Counted from the stretch's first letter, positions 39,311-49,637 are shown. The stretch: 64,000 bases of DNA from an uncultured Prevotellaceae bacterium (GCA_902764705.1 CACWWZ010000001.1:48859-112858); one strand, 5' to 3'. Made by a program: numbers and translations. The notes: generated by a model not told the origin, from the sequence alone.

Positions 39311-39872
39311 TATGTTCGAAGCCCATCGTTTTCATCATCCTACGGAATTGCTCCTCACCGTTCTCACGGGCAATTTGCAAGTTCTCTTGGGTCATGCTGT
39401 GGTGCAGCATCTGCCGGTAGGCCTTCTGGTAGAGCTTCTCGCGGTCTTGGTGCGACCATTTCCCACTCTCATAGAAGCTCTTTGTCCGTGCTTCGTCAAT
39501 GAAGTCCTTGTCCAACAGCCCGGGTTGGGGTAGAATGACGGTGATGGAGTCCCCCGTTGCGACAATCCATCTCGGTTCCACTTGATGCATATTGATGCCC
39601 AGCCGTACCGTGCCGTAGTAGATACGTGCCAGATGGTCGTCCGAGATGAATCCCTTGCGCACGGTGTCCACCAGTTCTTCGCTTGTCACAGCCAGGAACT
39701 CCCATTCTCCGATGGCCTTGATGCTGGTAATCTGTTGTGGGGTGATATTGATGCTCTGGTCGACATCAAGGCTGAGTTTCGTTTTGCTCATACAGTCTTT
39801 CAACCACCAGAGCGCAATGATGCATGCTACGACGGCCACCGCAATAATTGTTATCTTTTTCTTCCACTTCAT
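39291..39872 (-). CDS. DUF4230-like membrane-anchored protein
   Basis: N-terminal TM; IYYGTVRLGIN...ITVILPQP; A.ENGEEQF end pattern. Confidence 0.75.
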   Translation of the reverse strand: MKWKKKITIIAVAVVACIIALWWLKDCMSKTKLSLDVDQSINITPQQITSIKAIGEWEFLAVTSEELVDTVRKGFISDDHLARIYYGTVRLGINMHQVEPRWIVATGDSITVILPQPGLLDKDFIDEARTKSFYESGKWSHQDREKLYQKAYRQMLHHSMTQENLQIARENGEEQFRRMMKTMGFEHINIQWK

Positions 39873-40531
39873 TTCCGTTCAAGATTAGTGTTGATGAGTT
39901 TCATGATGTCAAGGTTTCTGCGGAAGGCAATGGTCACGTTCTCTTCCCGATACCCCATCTCCGTCAGCATAGGAACAAGCACGCGGGCAGCATTCGCCTG
40001 AGCCTGTTGCTTGATACCCAGTCGTGGAACGCTGTTCAAAATAGCCTGACGACCCTGTTGTTCGTACGACGACAGCTCCTTGTCGGTAAATTGCGAGCGC
40101 ACCAGCCCTACATATTCCCTAATCTCGTGCTGATTGATTTTCGAACTGGTCAGCACCACCTGCGGGTCGGGCAGCACAATGGTGATCTTGTCGCCGTGAC
40201 GCTCGATGTTACGTTCCGAAAAGTCGGAAAAATCAATATACGCCTTCAGCGTGGCATCCATGGGGATGGCAATCTTCCGTTCGCCCAGGGGCAGTGCCAC
40301 GTCAATGTTCTTGCTGAGCAAGTTGCCCTTCAGTTTCAGTATGTCATCGTGCGTCACGATTTTGTGGATATGGTATTCCGTCGTGTACAGGCGGGCACAT
40401 TTCTGAATCTGCATCACCAGCAGGGGAATGGTGTCTGTCGCCATTGGTTGCTCCTCTTGCACGGTGTCGCCTCCTCTCGAACAGGACATCAAAAGGAGTG
40501 TTACAAATACAATTTTTATGGATAATCTCAT
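39869..40531 (-). CDS. DUF4230-like lipoprotein
   Basis: LMSC lipobox; ATLKAYIDF...ITIVLPDP; AQANAARVL. Confidence 0.75.
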   Translation of the reverse strand: MRLSIKIVFVTLLLMSCSRGGDTVQEEQPMATDTIPLLVMQIQKCARLYTTEYHIHKIVTHDDILKLKGNLLSKNIDVALPLGERKIAIPMDATLKAYIDFSDFSERNIERHGDKITIVLPDPQVVLTSSKINQHEIREYVGLVRSQFTDKELSSYEQQGRQAILNSVPRLGIKQQAQANAARVLVPMLTEMGYREENVTIAFRRNLDIMKLINTNLERK

Positions 40532-40636
40532 CGTTTTTTTACTTTTTATAGTGCAAAGATATTAAAAAAACTCAAAACACTGAAAATATATCGTTAATAT
40601 TTTGGGCGGCAACCAATTTTTTTATACCTTTGCAGC

Positions 40637-40791
40637 ACGAAAACATTTTCCTCCTTTCTAGAATTTAGAAAAATTGGTTTTAATAGACGAGAGCGTCTAC
40701 TGAAAATATAGGTATTATTCTAACTTAATAATGGAAGGTATAGATTGGATAACAAAAAATATCCCGCCAGTGATGGTGGGATATTCTTTTT
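40637..40791 (+). ncRNA. Candidate small RNA (orphan promoter-terminator unit)
   Basis: TTTG (40601) -20nt- TACCTTTG (40625); terminator AATATCCCGCCA-GTGA-TGGTGGGATATT-CTTTTT. Confidence 0.55.
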
Positions 40792-40821
40792 GGTATGTCC
40801 AGCAAGGTTAAATCGAGAGAG

Positions 40822-40863
40822 TAAGTCGGAGCGGAAATGGTCTGCTCCGACTTAATTTTTTTT
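40822..40863 (+). terminator. Second intrinsic terminator
   Basis: TAAGTCGGAGCGGA-aatgg-TCTGCTCCGACTTA followed by a T-run. Confidence 0.7.
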
Positions 40864-40992
40864 GTTTTTATTTGGTTTTTCATTCTATTTAATCAACTTT
40901 CTCACGCTCAGAAATGAAAATTTATCTTCATTTACTTCGCTTAATCGAAATTTTGCACTACCTTTGTACGCTGGAAACTATCATATTGTAAG

Positions 40993-41574
40993 ATGAAACG
41001 AGTTACAATAGCCCTTTCGGTCGTGGTTGCTGCCCTGGTATTGGGGGCGTGCGGCAATAAGAAAAAGAGTGATGACATCATCACGCAGCGTGTGGTGAAG
41101 GCGGCTCCACAAGGTCCCATCCGTATGCCTGAGAATAACGATCAGCGCGATGTGAACTGGATAGGCAAGACCTATCATATTACTATCCATCGTCTGCCTG
41201 CCGATACGTTGTCGTTGGTGAAGGACGACACGGGCCAGCAGTATGTCGACAACATCTTTACGCTGACCGTCTCGCGTCAGGACGGCTCAGTGTTCTTCAC
41301 GCGTAAATTCGTGAAGACCGACTTCGCACGGCTTGTGGGTGATGACTTCCGTCGTACGGGTATTCTCGAGGGTTTTGTCTTTGACAAGGCCAATGGCGAC
41401 TGGCTGGAATTCGGTGCCAGTGTGGGCCGTCCGCAGACGGACGAGTATATTCCTCTGGTGGTACGCCTGTCGCGCATGGGTGATGTGGACATGAAGGTCG
41501 ACACCCAGCTCGACACGAATTCCGATGTCAACGAGGGTCAGAAAGTTGTTGACGACGACGAGGACGGCGTCTGA
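40993..41574 (+). CDS. DUF4738-like lipoprotein
   Basis: LGAC lipobox; YVDN, GILEGFVFD, ASVG.PQTDEYIPL. Confidence 0.75.
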   Translation: MKRVTIALSVVVAALVLGACGNKKKSDDIITQRVVKAAPQGPIRMPENNDQRDVNWIGKTYHITIHRLPADTLSLVKDDTGQQYVDNIFTLTVSRQDGSVFFTRKFVKTDFARLVGDDFRRTGILEGFVFDKANGDWLEFGASVGRPQTDEYIPLVVRLSRMGDVDMKVDTQLDTNSDVNEGQKVVDDDEDGV

Positions 41575-42305
41575 TTCCATGCTTCATAGAGCGTTCCCCA
41601 GGCGTCGCTCAGCGCTGTCATGGTGGGGAATATAAGGTTGGCTCCTTGGTCGGCCAATAGTTGGTCGGGCAGTGGTCCAGTGTTGACGGCAATGGTCATG
41701 CAGCGTGCTGCTACGGCGGCCTGCACGCCCAGAGGGGCATTTTCCACTACGATGGTTTCCCAAGGTTCCACACCGCATTTCTTCATTCCCTTCAGGTAGG
41801 GCTCGGGGTTGGGCTTTCCGTGCTTGACGTCGAAGGCCGTTACGATAAGTTCTTCTTTCAATAACCCCTCGAAATCAATCAGCAACTTGTCGAGCAAGGC
41901 ATGCTGTGCACTGCCCGTCACGACGCAGATTTTCAGTCCGTCGGCCTTGATCTGCTGCATCAGCGTCTTGATGCCGGGCATGATGCGGGCAGGGGTCAAC
42001 TTGCATTGGTTGGCAAAGAGCTGTGCCTTGTGGGCATACATTTTCTGGGCTTCTTCGTCCGTCAGTTCCCGATGCCACTGTGCACGGGCCAGCGTGCGGA
42101 TGGTCTCTACACCGCGCATGCCCTCGTACTGGTAGGCGCCTTCGTAGGGCATGTCGAGTCCGAAGTCCTTCATCGAGTCATGCCAAGACACAGAATGGTT
42201 TTTCATCGAGTCGTAGATGACGCCGTCCATATCGAAAAGCACGGCTTTCGGGCTGAATTGCCCAAAGCCGTGTTTCTCTAAGTATTGCTTGATTGCTTCT
42301 TTCAT
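41538..42305 (-). CDS. HAD family phosphatase (beta-phosphoglucomutase-like)
   Basis: FDMDGV, VTGS, GKPNPEPY, ENAPLG. Confidence 0.9.
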   Translation of the reverse strand: MKEAIKQYLEKHGFGQFSPKAVLFDMDGVIYDSMKNHSVSWHDSMKDFGLDMPYEGAYQYEGMRGVETIRTLARAQWHRELTDEEAQKMYAHKAQLFANQCKLTPARIMPGIKTLMQQIKADGLKICVVTGSAQHALLDKLLIDFEGLLKEELIVTAFDVKHGKPNPEPYLKGMKKCGVEPWETIVVENAPLGVQAAVAARCMTIAVNTGPLPDQLLADQGANLIFPTMTALSDAWGTLYEAWNQTPSSSSSTTF

Positions 42306-42339
42306 TTTCTAGTTTTACTAGTCATACTAGTTCTACTAG

Positions 42340-43695
42340 TTACTGTTCCTTCGCCAGGCGCTCCTTAATAGCCTTGCTGTCTGCCTCGTAGCCGGGCTTG
42401 TCGAGTAGGGCAAACATATTCTTCTTGTAGGCCTCCACACCGGGCTGGTTGAACGGATTCACGCCCAGCACGTTACCGCTGATGCCGCAACCGATCTCGA
42501 AGAAGTAGATGAGCTGGCCGATGTAGTATTCGTTGAGCTTGGGAACGCTGATGCGGATGTTGGGCACGCCACCGTCGACGTGAGCCAGACGGGTACCCAG
42601 TTCAGCCATCTTGTTCACCTCATCGACACGCTTGCCAGCCAGGAAGTTCAGGCCGTCCAGATTCTCCTCGTCGCTGGGGAAGAGCAGCTTCTTCTCGGGC
42701 TCCTCAATAGAGATGACCGTCTCGAAGATGGTGCGCTCGCCGTCCTGAATCCACTGTCCCATGGAGTGCAGGTCGGTGGTGAAGTCGACGCTGGCGGGGA
42801 AGATACCCTTCTTGTCCTTACCCTCGGACTCGCCGTAGAGCTGCTTCCACCACTCGCTGACAAAGTGCAGCTTGGGCTGGTAGTTCACCATGATCTCGAT
42901 CTTCTTGCCCTTGCCATAGAGTGCGTTACGAACGGCAGCATATTGTGCGGCAGGATTCTCGTCGAAGGGTACGCCGGGAGCGCAGGCCTTCTCCATATCC
43001 TGGGCACCAGCCACCAGCTGCTTGATGTCGAAACCGGCACAGGCGATAGGCAGCAGACCTACTGGTGTGAGCACGGAGAAACGGCCACCTACGTTGTCGG
43101 GAATGATGAAGCTCTTGTAGCCCTCCTTGTCGGCGCAGGTACGGGCAGCACCACGCTTAGCGTCGGTTACGGCCACGATGACCTTCTTGGCCTCTTCCTT
43201 GCCACGCTGGGCCTCGCACTGCTTCTTCAGCAGACGGAACGTCAGAGCGGTCTCAGTCGTTGTTCCCGACTTCGAGATATTGATGACGCCGAACTTCTTG
43301 CCCTTCAGGTACTCTGTCAACTCGAACAGATAGTCCTCGCCGATGTTGTTACCAGCAAAGAGAATGGTAGGATTCTTGCCGTCCTGAATGAGCCAGCCGA
43401 ACGAGTTGCTCAGCGCCTCGATGACGGCACGGGCACCCAGATACGAGCCGCCGATACCAGCCACAACCACAGCCTCGCAGTTGTCGCGCAGCACCTTGGC
43501 GGTAGCCTCAATCTCGTCGAGGAAAGCAGGGGTGATCTCTGTGGGCAGATGCAGCCAACCCAAGAAATCGTTACCAGGACATGTACCATTCTCCAAAGCC
43601 TCTTGTGCGGCCTTTACCTTAGGCTCGAAAGCCTTTACTGCGCCTGCCTCCAGGAAGCAAGCGGCCTTTGTGATGTCAAGTTTGATGTTGCTCAT
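42340..43695 (-). CDS. pgi: Glucose-6-phosphate isomerase
   Basis: [49 protein letters not shown]; ATG at 43695. Confidence 0.97.
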   Translation of the reverse strand: MSNIKLDITKAACFLEAGAVKAFEPKVKAAQEALENGTCPGNDFLGWLHLPTEITPAFLDEIEATAKVLRDNCEAVVVAGIGGSYLGARAVIEALSNSFGWLIQDGKNPTILFAGNNIGEDYLFELTEYLKGKKFGVINISKSGTTTETALTFRLLKKQCEAQRGKEEAKKVIVAVTDAKRGAARTCADKEGYKSFIIPDNVGGRFSVLTPVGLLPIACAGFDIKQLVAGAQDMEKACAPGVPFDENPAAQYAAVRNALYGKGKKIEIMVNYQPKLHFVSEWWKQLYGESEGKDKKGIFPASVDFTTDLHSMGQWIQDGERTIFETVISIEEPEKKLLFPSDEENLDGLNFLAGKRVDEVNKMAELGTRLAHVDGGVPNIRISVPKLNEYYIGQLIYFFEIGCGISGNVLGVNPFNQPGVEAYKKNMFALLDKPGYEADSKAIKERLAKEQ

Positions 43696-43772
43696 AATCA
43701 ATATTATATTAGTGTAATAGTTTGTGTAATACGATAGTTTCAATCATCTAAGTTGCAAAGATACGAAAAAAA

Positions 43773-43852
43773 AGTGAAAAGTGAAGAGTGAAGAGTGAAA
43801 AATTTGCTTCCGCAGCGAAAAAAAAATGAAAAGTGAAGGGTGAAGAGTGAAA
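43773..43852. repeat. 7-bp GTGAAGA micro-repeat tracts
   Basis: agtgaaa agtgaag agtgaag agtgaaa ... aatgaaa agtgaag ggtgaag agtgaaa. Confidence 0.85.
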
Positions 43853-43876
43853 AAAAGAGCCACCCGAAGGTGGCTT
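43850..43876 (-). terminator. Intrinsic terminator after the Spy-like gene
   Basis: AGCCACC-cgaa-GGTGGCT with an A-run on the left (T-run on the minus strand). Confidence 0.75.
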
Positions 43877-43903
43877 GTATTGTTATCCTGAATGATATTT
43901 TAT

Positions 43904-44410
43904 TTATTGCTGTGCCTCTGGACGGGGACCGCGCTGTCCGCGGGGACCTCCGAAACCGCCACGTCCACCACGACGCTGATGCTGTTCCTCATAAGTCTTG
44001 TACTGCTCGTCGGTCAGAATTTCCTTCAGTTTCTTGTTATACTCCTGACGCTTCTCCATCATCTTCTGCATCTGAGCTCTCTGCTCTTCAGTCATTTCAG
44101 GACGCTGGGGACGCTGCTGGTCGTTGTTCTGAGTGGCACCTGTCTCGCCGTCGGGACGAGGACCGCGGGGACCTCTGCCCATGCCTCTGCCCATTCTCGG
44201 GCCACCCATCAAGACGCCTTCGTATTCCTTGTTCAACTCAAGAACCTTTGTTTTCTGCTTGTCGTCCAGCTTCAGCTGGTCAGCCATGCGGTTGGTCATC
44301 TCCTCGGGGGTAGGCTTCTTGAACTCACGACGCTCACCATTCTCATTGTTCTGTGCTACAGCTGCTGTCATAGTCAGCAGGGCTACCATTGTCATTGCAA
44401 TCTTTTTCAT
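43904..44410 (-). CDS. DUF4890/Spy-CpxP-like periplasmic protein
   Basis: Signal peptide; LKLDDKQK and ILTDEQY LTXXQ-type repeats; R/G/P-rich low-complexity segments. Confidence 0.75.
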   Translation of the reverse strand: MKKIAMTMVALLTMTAAVAQNNENGERREFKKPTPEEMTNRMADQLKLDDKQKTKVLELNKEYEGVLMGGPRMGRGMGRGPRGPRPDGETGATQNNDQQRPQRPEMTEEQRAQMQKMMEKRQEYNKKLKEILTDEQYKTYEEQHQRRGGRGGFGGPRGQRGPRPEAQQ

Positions 44411-44674
44411 ACTCTTTTTAGTTTTTGAATTGTTTGTTGTTATAAAATGAATAAATATTTTGCTCATGCTGAACTCCCGATTATCGGGAAATTACAGTTC
44501 TTTGACGCAACAAAGGTATAAAAGTTTAACCGTCCGCCGAATTCTTTCAGCGAACGGTTACTTTTATTCAACCAAATCAGGATTGTTTTCTGTAAAGCCT
44601 AATCTACTTTACCTTCACATCTCCTTTACTTCTTTACTCCTCGAAGTTGAGCGAATGCGAAACTTGAATAATGT

Positions 44675-45670
44675 TTATCTAAACGAATCAGTCAGCAACT
44701 TGATTTCAATCTGGGGACTGATGCGCTCGTACAGAATGTTGTAGACAGCATCGAGGATGGGCATGTTGACGTGGCAGTGGCGATTGATCTCCTTCATGCA
44801 CTTGGTGCCGAAGTAGCCCTCGGCAATCATCTCCATCTCAATCTGAGCAGACTTGACGCTGTAGCCCTTGCCAATCATCGTACCGAAGGTGCGGTTGCGC
44901 GAGAAGTTCGAATAGCCCGTCACCAGCAGGTCACCCATATAAACGGAGTCGGCAATATTGCGCTCTATGGGATTGATGACTTTCAGGAATCGGGCCATCT
45001 CCTGCACGGCATTAGCCATCAGCACAGCCTGGAAGTTGTCGCCGAACTTCAGTCCGTTGCAGATACCTGCTGCAATGGCATAGACGTTTTTCAGCACGCT
45101 GGAATACTCAATACCGATGACATCCGTCGATGTCTTGGTCTTGATGAACGGACTGCTGAGGATGTCGGCCAAAGCCTGGGCCTTGTCACGATCGGCACAA
45201 CCGATGGTGAGATAGCTGAGTCGCTCCAGTGCCACCTCTTCAGCATGCGAAGGACCTCCGATACAGGCCAGATTGTCGTAAGGCACATCGTAGACCTGAT
45301 GGAAATACTCCGAACAGACGAGGTTCTCGTCAGGCACGATACCCTTGATGGCAGTGACGATATACTTATCGCGCAGGCGTACTTTTAATTTCTTCAGATG
45401 ACTCTTCAGGTAGGGCGATGGTGTCACAAACACCAGCGTGTCGTACTGCTCGGCAATCTTGTTGAGGTCGCTGGAGAAGAATATCTCGTCGATGTCGAAG
45501 CGCACACTCTGCAAATAAGCGGGGTTGTGGCCCAGGCGACGGAAATCATCGATGCGGTCGTCGCGTCGCATATACCATCCGATGTGATGGGTCTTTCCCA
45601 CCACTATCTTGGCAATGGCCGTGGCCCACGAGCCTCCACCAATGATGGCTATTCTACCGCAGTCGTACAT
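44675..45670 (-). CDS. gpsA: NAD(P)H-dependent glycerol-3-phosphate dehydrogenase
   Basis: IGGGSWATA, GPSHAEEV, LKNVYAIAAG, GDLLVT, SRNR. Confidence 0.95.
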   Translation of the reverse strand: MYDCGRIAIIGGGSWATAIAKIVVGKTHHIGWYMRRDDRIDDFRRLGHNPAYLQSVRFDIDEIFFSSDLNKIAEQYDTLVFVTPSPYLKSHLKKLKVRLRDKYIVTAIKGIVPDENLVCSEYFHQVYDVPYDNLACIGGPSHAEEVALERLSYLTIGCADRDKAQALADILSSPFIKTKTSTDVIGIEYSSVLKNVYAIAAGICNGLKFGDNFQAVLMANAVQEMARFLKVINPIERNIADSVYMGDLLVTGYSNFSRNRTFGTMIGKGYSVKSAQIEMEMIAEGYFGTKCMKEINRHCHVNMPILDAVYNILYERISPQIEIKLLTDSFR

Positions 45671-45721
45671 ATTTTTATTTTTATCTAGGATTGTCTAGGA
45701 TGTCCTAGCTTCTCCCAGGAT

Positions 45722-47452
45722 TTACGCTTGCGCCTTTTCAATCCATGCAGCGACTTCGTCGACTGATGGCTTAGTCATGTCGAGTTTGTATTTCTTGACG
45801 ATGTCGCCAATCTTCTGTTGCAGACCCTGAGCCTTCTCAGTAGCGATGTTCTGGATGAGGTTGAAACCGGCCTTGCGCAGCACGGGAACCCATTCTTCAG
45901 CAATACCAATCTCGGCCCACTCGGCAGGTGTCGACTGAGGAATCTTCTTCTCAGGCTTCATCTGTGGGAACAGCATGACCTCGCCGATAGCGAACTTGCC
46001 GGTGAGCACCATCACCAGACGGTCGATACCGATACCGATACCAAACGTTGGAGGCATACCGTATTGCAGGGCACGGAGGAAGTCCTGGTCGATGATCATG
46101 GCCTCGTCGTCGCCCTTGTCGGCTAACTTCATCTGCTCGATGAAGCGCTCTTCCTGATCGATGGGGTCATTGAGCTCAGAGTAGGCGTTAGCCAACTCCT
46201 TACCATTCACCATCAGCTCGAAACGCTCGGTCAAGCCTGGCTTAGAACGGTGCATCTTGGTGAGGGGTGACATTTCGACAGGATAGTCGGTAATGAAGGT
46301 GGGCTGGATGAATGAGCCCTCGCAGAACTCACCGAAGAGCTCGTCTATGAGCTTGCCCTTACCCATGGTCTCGTCGACATCCATGCCCTTGGAGAGGCAG
46401 AACTGACGAATCTCATCCTCCGTCTTGCCATCGCAGTCGAAACCGGTCTTCTCCTTGATGGCATCGAGGATAGGCAGACGACGGAATGGTGCCTTGAACG
46501 AGATGATGTTACCATCGATCTCCACCTCGGGCTTGCCGTTGACAGCCGTACAGATCTGCTCGAGCATGTTCTCGGTGAAGGTCATACCCCACAGCAGGTC
46601 CTTGTAGCTCACGTAGAGCTCCATGCAGGTGAACTCCGGGTTGTGGGTCTTGTCCATACCCTCGTTGCGGAAGTTCTTACCCATCTCGTAGACACCCTCG
46701 AAACCACCTACAATGAGGCGCTTCAGATAAAGCTCGGTAGCGATACGCATGTACATATCCTGATTGAGCGCATTGAAATGGGTGATGAAGGGACGAGCAG
46801 AAGCACCACCGGCGATATTCTGCAGGATAGGTGTGTCAACCTCCGTATATCCGGCATTATCGAGAATGCTGCGAAGTGTACGGATGATGGTGGCACGCTT
46901 CAAGAAAGTATCTTTCACACCTTCGTTAACCACCAGGTCGACATAGCGCTGGCGATAACGCAGTTCAGGGTCGTCGAACTTATCGTAAGCCACACCGTCC
47001 TTGTATTTCACGATAGGCAGTGGCTTCAAGGCCTTCGACAACAGGGTCAGTTCCTGACAGTGGACGCTGATTTCGCCCGTCTGCGTGCGGAACACAAAAC
47101 CCTTGATGCCAATGAAGTCGCCGATATCGAGCAGCTTCTTGAATACCGTATTATATAACTCCTTGTCCTCACCGGGGCAGAGGTCGTCGCGGGTAATATA
47201 GACCTGGATACGACCCTTGGAGTCCTGTAATTCTACAAACGAAGCCTTACCCATGACGCGACGGCTCATCATGCGGCCGGCGATACTAACCTCACGGGGT
47301 TCGGCATCATCCTGAAAACTTTCTACGATTTCCATCGAGAAAGCATTGGTAGGAAATTCTGCAGCGGGGTAGGGATTAATGCCCATTGCGCGCAGCTGTT
47401 GCAGACTCTCACGTCTGCCAATCTCTTGTTCACTGAGTTCTAAAACGTTCAT
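45722..47452 (-). CDS. lysS: Lysine--tRNA ligase (class II)
   Basis: RYRQRYVDL, GGASARPF, FRNEGMD.THNPEFT, ELANAYSELNDP, GIGIDR. Confidence 0.98.
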   Translation of the reverse strand: MNVLELSEQEIGRRESLQQLRAMGINPYPAAEFPTNAFSMEIVESFQDDAEPREVSIAGRMMSRRVMGKASFVELQDSKGRIQVYITRDDLCPGEDKELYNTVFKKLLDIGDFIGIKGFVFRTQTGEISVHCQELTLLSKALKPLPIVKYKDGVAYDKFDDPELRYRQRYVDLVVNEGVKDTFLKRATIIRTLRSILDNAGYTEVDTPILQNIAGGASARPFITHFNALNQDMYMRIATELYLKRLIVGGFEGVYEMGKNFRNEGMDKTHNPEFTCMELYVSYKDLLWGMTFTENMLEQICTAVNGKPEVEIDGNIISFKAPFRRLPILDAIKEKTGFDCDGKTEDEIRQFCLSKGMDVDETMGKGKLIDELFGEFCEGSFIQPTFITDYPVEMSPLTKMHRSKPGLTERFELMVNGKELANAYSELNDPIDQEERFIEQMKLADKGDDEAMIIDQDFLRALQYGMPPTFGIGIGIDRLVMVLTGKFAIGEVMLFPQMKPEKKIPQSTPAEWAEIGIAEEWVPVLRKAGFNLIQNIATEKAQGLQQKIGDIVKKYKLDMTKPSVDEVAAWIEKAQA

Positions 47453-47619
47453 ATCTTGTATTTATATATGTTCATAATACGTTTGCAAAGGTACGAATAA
47501 AATGGGAAATAGGTATGAGATATTAGGAAATATTTACTTTTGACATTAAATAATTGCTAATTTCTTGACAAAAATTTGGTGGTTTCAAGAATATTGCCTA
47601 AATTTGTCGCATCAATGAC

Positions 47620-48615
47620 ATGACTTCAAACAATATGACACACGAATCTATCAAGACCCGCGTTGTTGGCGTAGACATACAGATAGAAACCACCACTCTG
47701 GCAGTGATTGACGTCAGAGGAAACATTATTGCCCGGGCGGGATTTGCCACGGGAACAAATCCCAACATCGGCGACTTTTCGTCAGTATTAAGCGAGCATG
47801 TTGTCACTCTGTTGGAAGAAAACGGAGGCTATGAAAGCATTCGTTCGCTGGGCATCTGCAGTCCGAGTGCCAATTTCATGACGGGTTGCATAGAAAATGC
47901 CCCCAACCTGCCTTGGAAGGGTGTGGTGCCTCTGGCTGCTATGATTCGCGACAGACTGGGACTGGCTGTGGCGCTGGGTAATAATGCCCATGCCCGCGGA
48001 TTGGGTGAGTTGGCCTTTGGCGTGGCTCATGGTATGAAGAATTTCGTGTTGCTGACTTTGGGCGGTGGTGTAGGAAGCAGTATTTTTATCAACGGACAGT
48101 ATTATTCTGGATCTGACGGCTTTGCCGGCGAGATTGGTCACAGCTGTGCCAAGCACAACGGCAGGCAGTGCGGATGCGGCAATAAGGGCTGTTTGGAGAT
48201 GTATTGTTCGAAAAAGGGTATTTTGCAGACTGCTCAGGAAGTGATGGCCGAGTGCAGTGATGCGTCGAAGATGCGTCTGACGGAAGAGTTGACACCAGAA
48301 ATCATTGTATCGTTTTGTGAGATGGGTGACGAACTGGCCATCGAGACCATGCGTCGTACAGGTGAGATGTTAGGCATTGGCTTGGCGAATTATGCTACCA
48401 TCATCAATCCTGAGGCATTTATCTTTACAGGTAGTGTGGCACATGCCGGCGACTGGTTGTTGGATCCTGCTTGGGAGAGTTTCAATTCGCACGTGTTCCA
48501 TAATATACAAGGCAAGGTGAAGTTTCTGCCTTCGCAATTCGAAGAGCGTGAGGCAAACCTGCTGGGTGCCAGCGTGTTGGCATGGAACGTGAAGGAATAC
48601 TCGCTATTTAAATAG
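47620..48615 (+). CDS. ROK family protein, copy 1
   Basis: GEIGH...CGCGNKGCLE zinc motif; VGVDI N-terminus. Confidence 0.9.
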   Translation: MTSNNMTHESIKTRVVGVDIQIETTTLAVIDVRGNIIARAGFATGTNPNIGDFSSVLSEHVVTLLEENGGYESIRSLGICSPSANFMTGCIENAPNLPWKGVVPLAAMIRDRLGLAVALGNNAHARGLGELAFGVAHGMKNFVLLTLGGGVGSSIFINGQYYSGSDGFAGEIGHSCAKHNGRQCGCGNKGCLEMYCSKKGILQTAQEVMAECSDASKMRLTEELTPEIIVSFCEMGDELAIETMRRTGEMLGIGLANYATIINPEAFIFTGSVAHAGDWLLDPAWESFNSHVFHNIQGKVKFLPSQFEEREANLLGASVLAWNVKEYSLFK

Positions 48616-48659
48616 AAAGAATTTGTTAACTAAACACATATTGTACTATCATTACTGTT

Positions 48660-49637
48660 ATGAACGAAGAAGTAAAAAGTAAGGTCATTGGTGTCGACAT
48701 CAGCATCGAGCGTACGACCTACGCCATTGTGGACATCCGGGGAAACATCCTGGCAGAAGACAGCTTTGTAACCTCTGACTATCCCGACGCTAACGAATAT
48801 GTGACGGCATTGTCTGAGAAATTGTACCTGCTGATGGAAGCAAACGGCGGTTACGAGAAAGTACGCTCGATAGGTATCAGTGCACCTAGCGTAAGTTCTG
48901 TGACAGGTTGTATTACCAATGCCGCCAACCTGCAATGGAAGGGAGAAATTCCTTTGGCAGCATTGGTGCGTGACCGCATGGGAATGGCTGTCGCTGTAAG
49001 TAATGATGCGCATGTGGCGGCACTGGGAGAGTATGCCTATGGTGCAGCACACGGCATGAAGGACTTCATTATCATTAGTCTGGGTGTCGGTGTGGGTAGC
49101 TGTTTTTTCTCGCAGGGGCGTGAGCATGTTGGAGTCGGAGGCTTTGCCGGAGAGTTCGGACATTGTTGCTTTATTGACGAAGGACGAGAGTGCGGTTGTG
49201 GCAATAAGGGATGTATTGAGACCTATGTGGGCGCCAATGGTATTGTGCGTACGGCAAAGGACTTGATGCTGCAGTCTGACGAGCCGTCATTGATGCGCGA
49301 CATAGAAAAGCTGTCTCCCAAACTTATCTTCGAGTGCTGCGAGAAGGGTGACGCAATGGCCATAGAGACGTTCCGTCAGACAGGATATATGCTGGGTATC
49401 GGACTGGCAAACTATGCAAGTCTGATTAATCCGCAGGCCATCATCCTGACGGGCGGAATCTCACATGCAGGGCAATTCCTGATGGAGCCTTGTCGTGAGT
49501 CGTTCGAAAAACACGTGTTCCCCAATATGCGTGGACAAATCAAAATCGTCGTATCGAGAATGGACAATCGTGAACGCGATGTGCTAGGCGCAGCAGCTCT
49601 GGCATGGGAAGTGCCAGAGTACTCGCTGTTCAAATAA
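48660..49637 (+). CDS. ROK family protein, copy 2
   Basis: NDAHVAALGE, GEFGH...CGCGNKGCIE. Confidence 0.9.
   Translation: MNEEVKSKVIGVDISIERTTYAIVDIRGNILAEDSFVTSDYPDANEYVTALSEKLYLLMEANGGYEKVRSIGISAPSVSSVTGCITNAANLQWKGEIPLAALVRDRMGMAVAVSNDAHVAALGEYAYGAAHGMKDFIIISLGVGVGSCFFSQGREHVGVGGFAGEFGHCCFIDEGRECGCGNKGCIETYVGANGIVRTAKDLMLQSDEPSLMRDIEKLSPKLIFECCEKGDAMAIETFRQTGYMLGIGLANYASLINPQAIILTGGISHAGQFLMEPCRESFEKHVFPNMRGQIKIVVSRMDNRERDVLGAAALAWEVPEYSLFK

Noticed and set aside
42580-43737. 385-aa plus-strand ORF (similar cases at 20459-21415, 52022-53068, 53739-54482, 60963-62465)
   Set aside because: Antisense shadows of well-supported genes, explained by codon bias; no recognisable motifs
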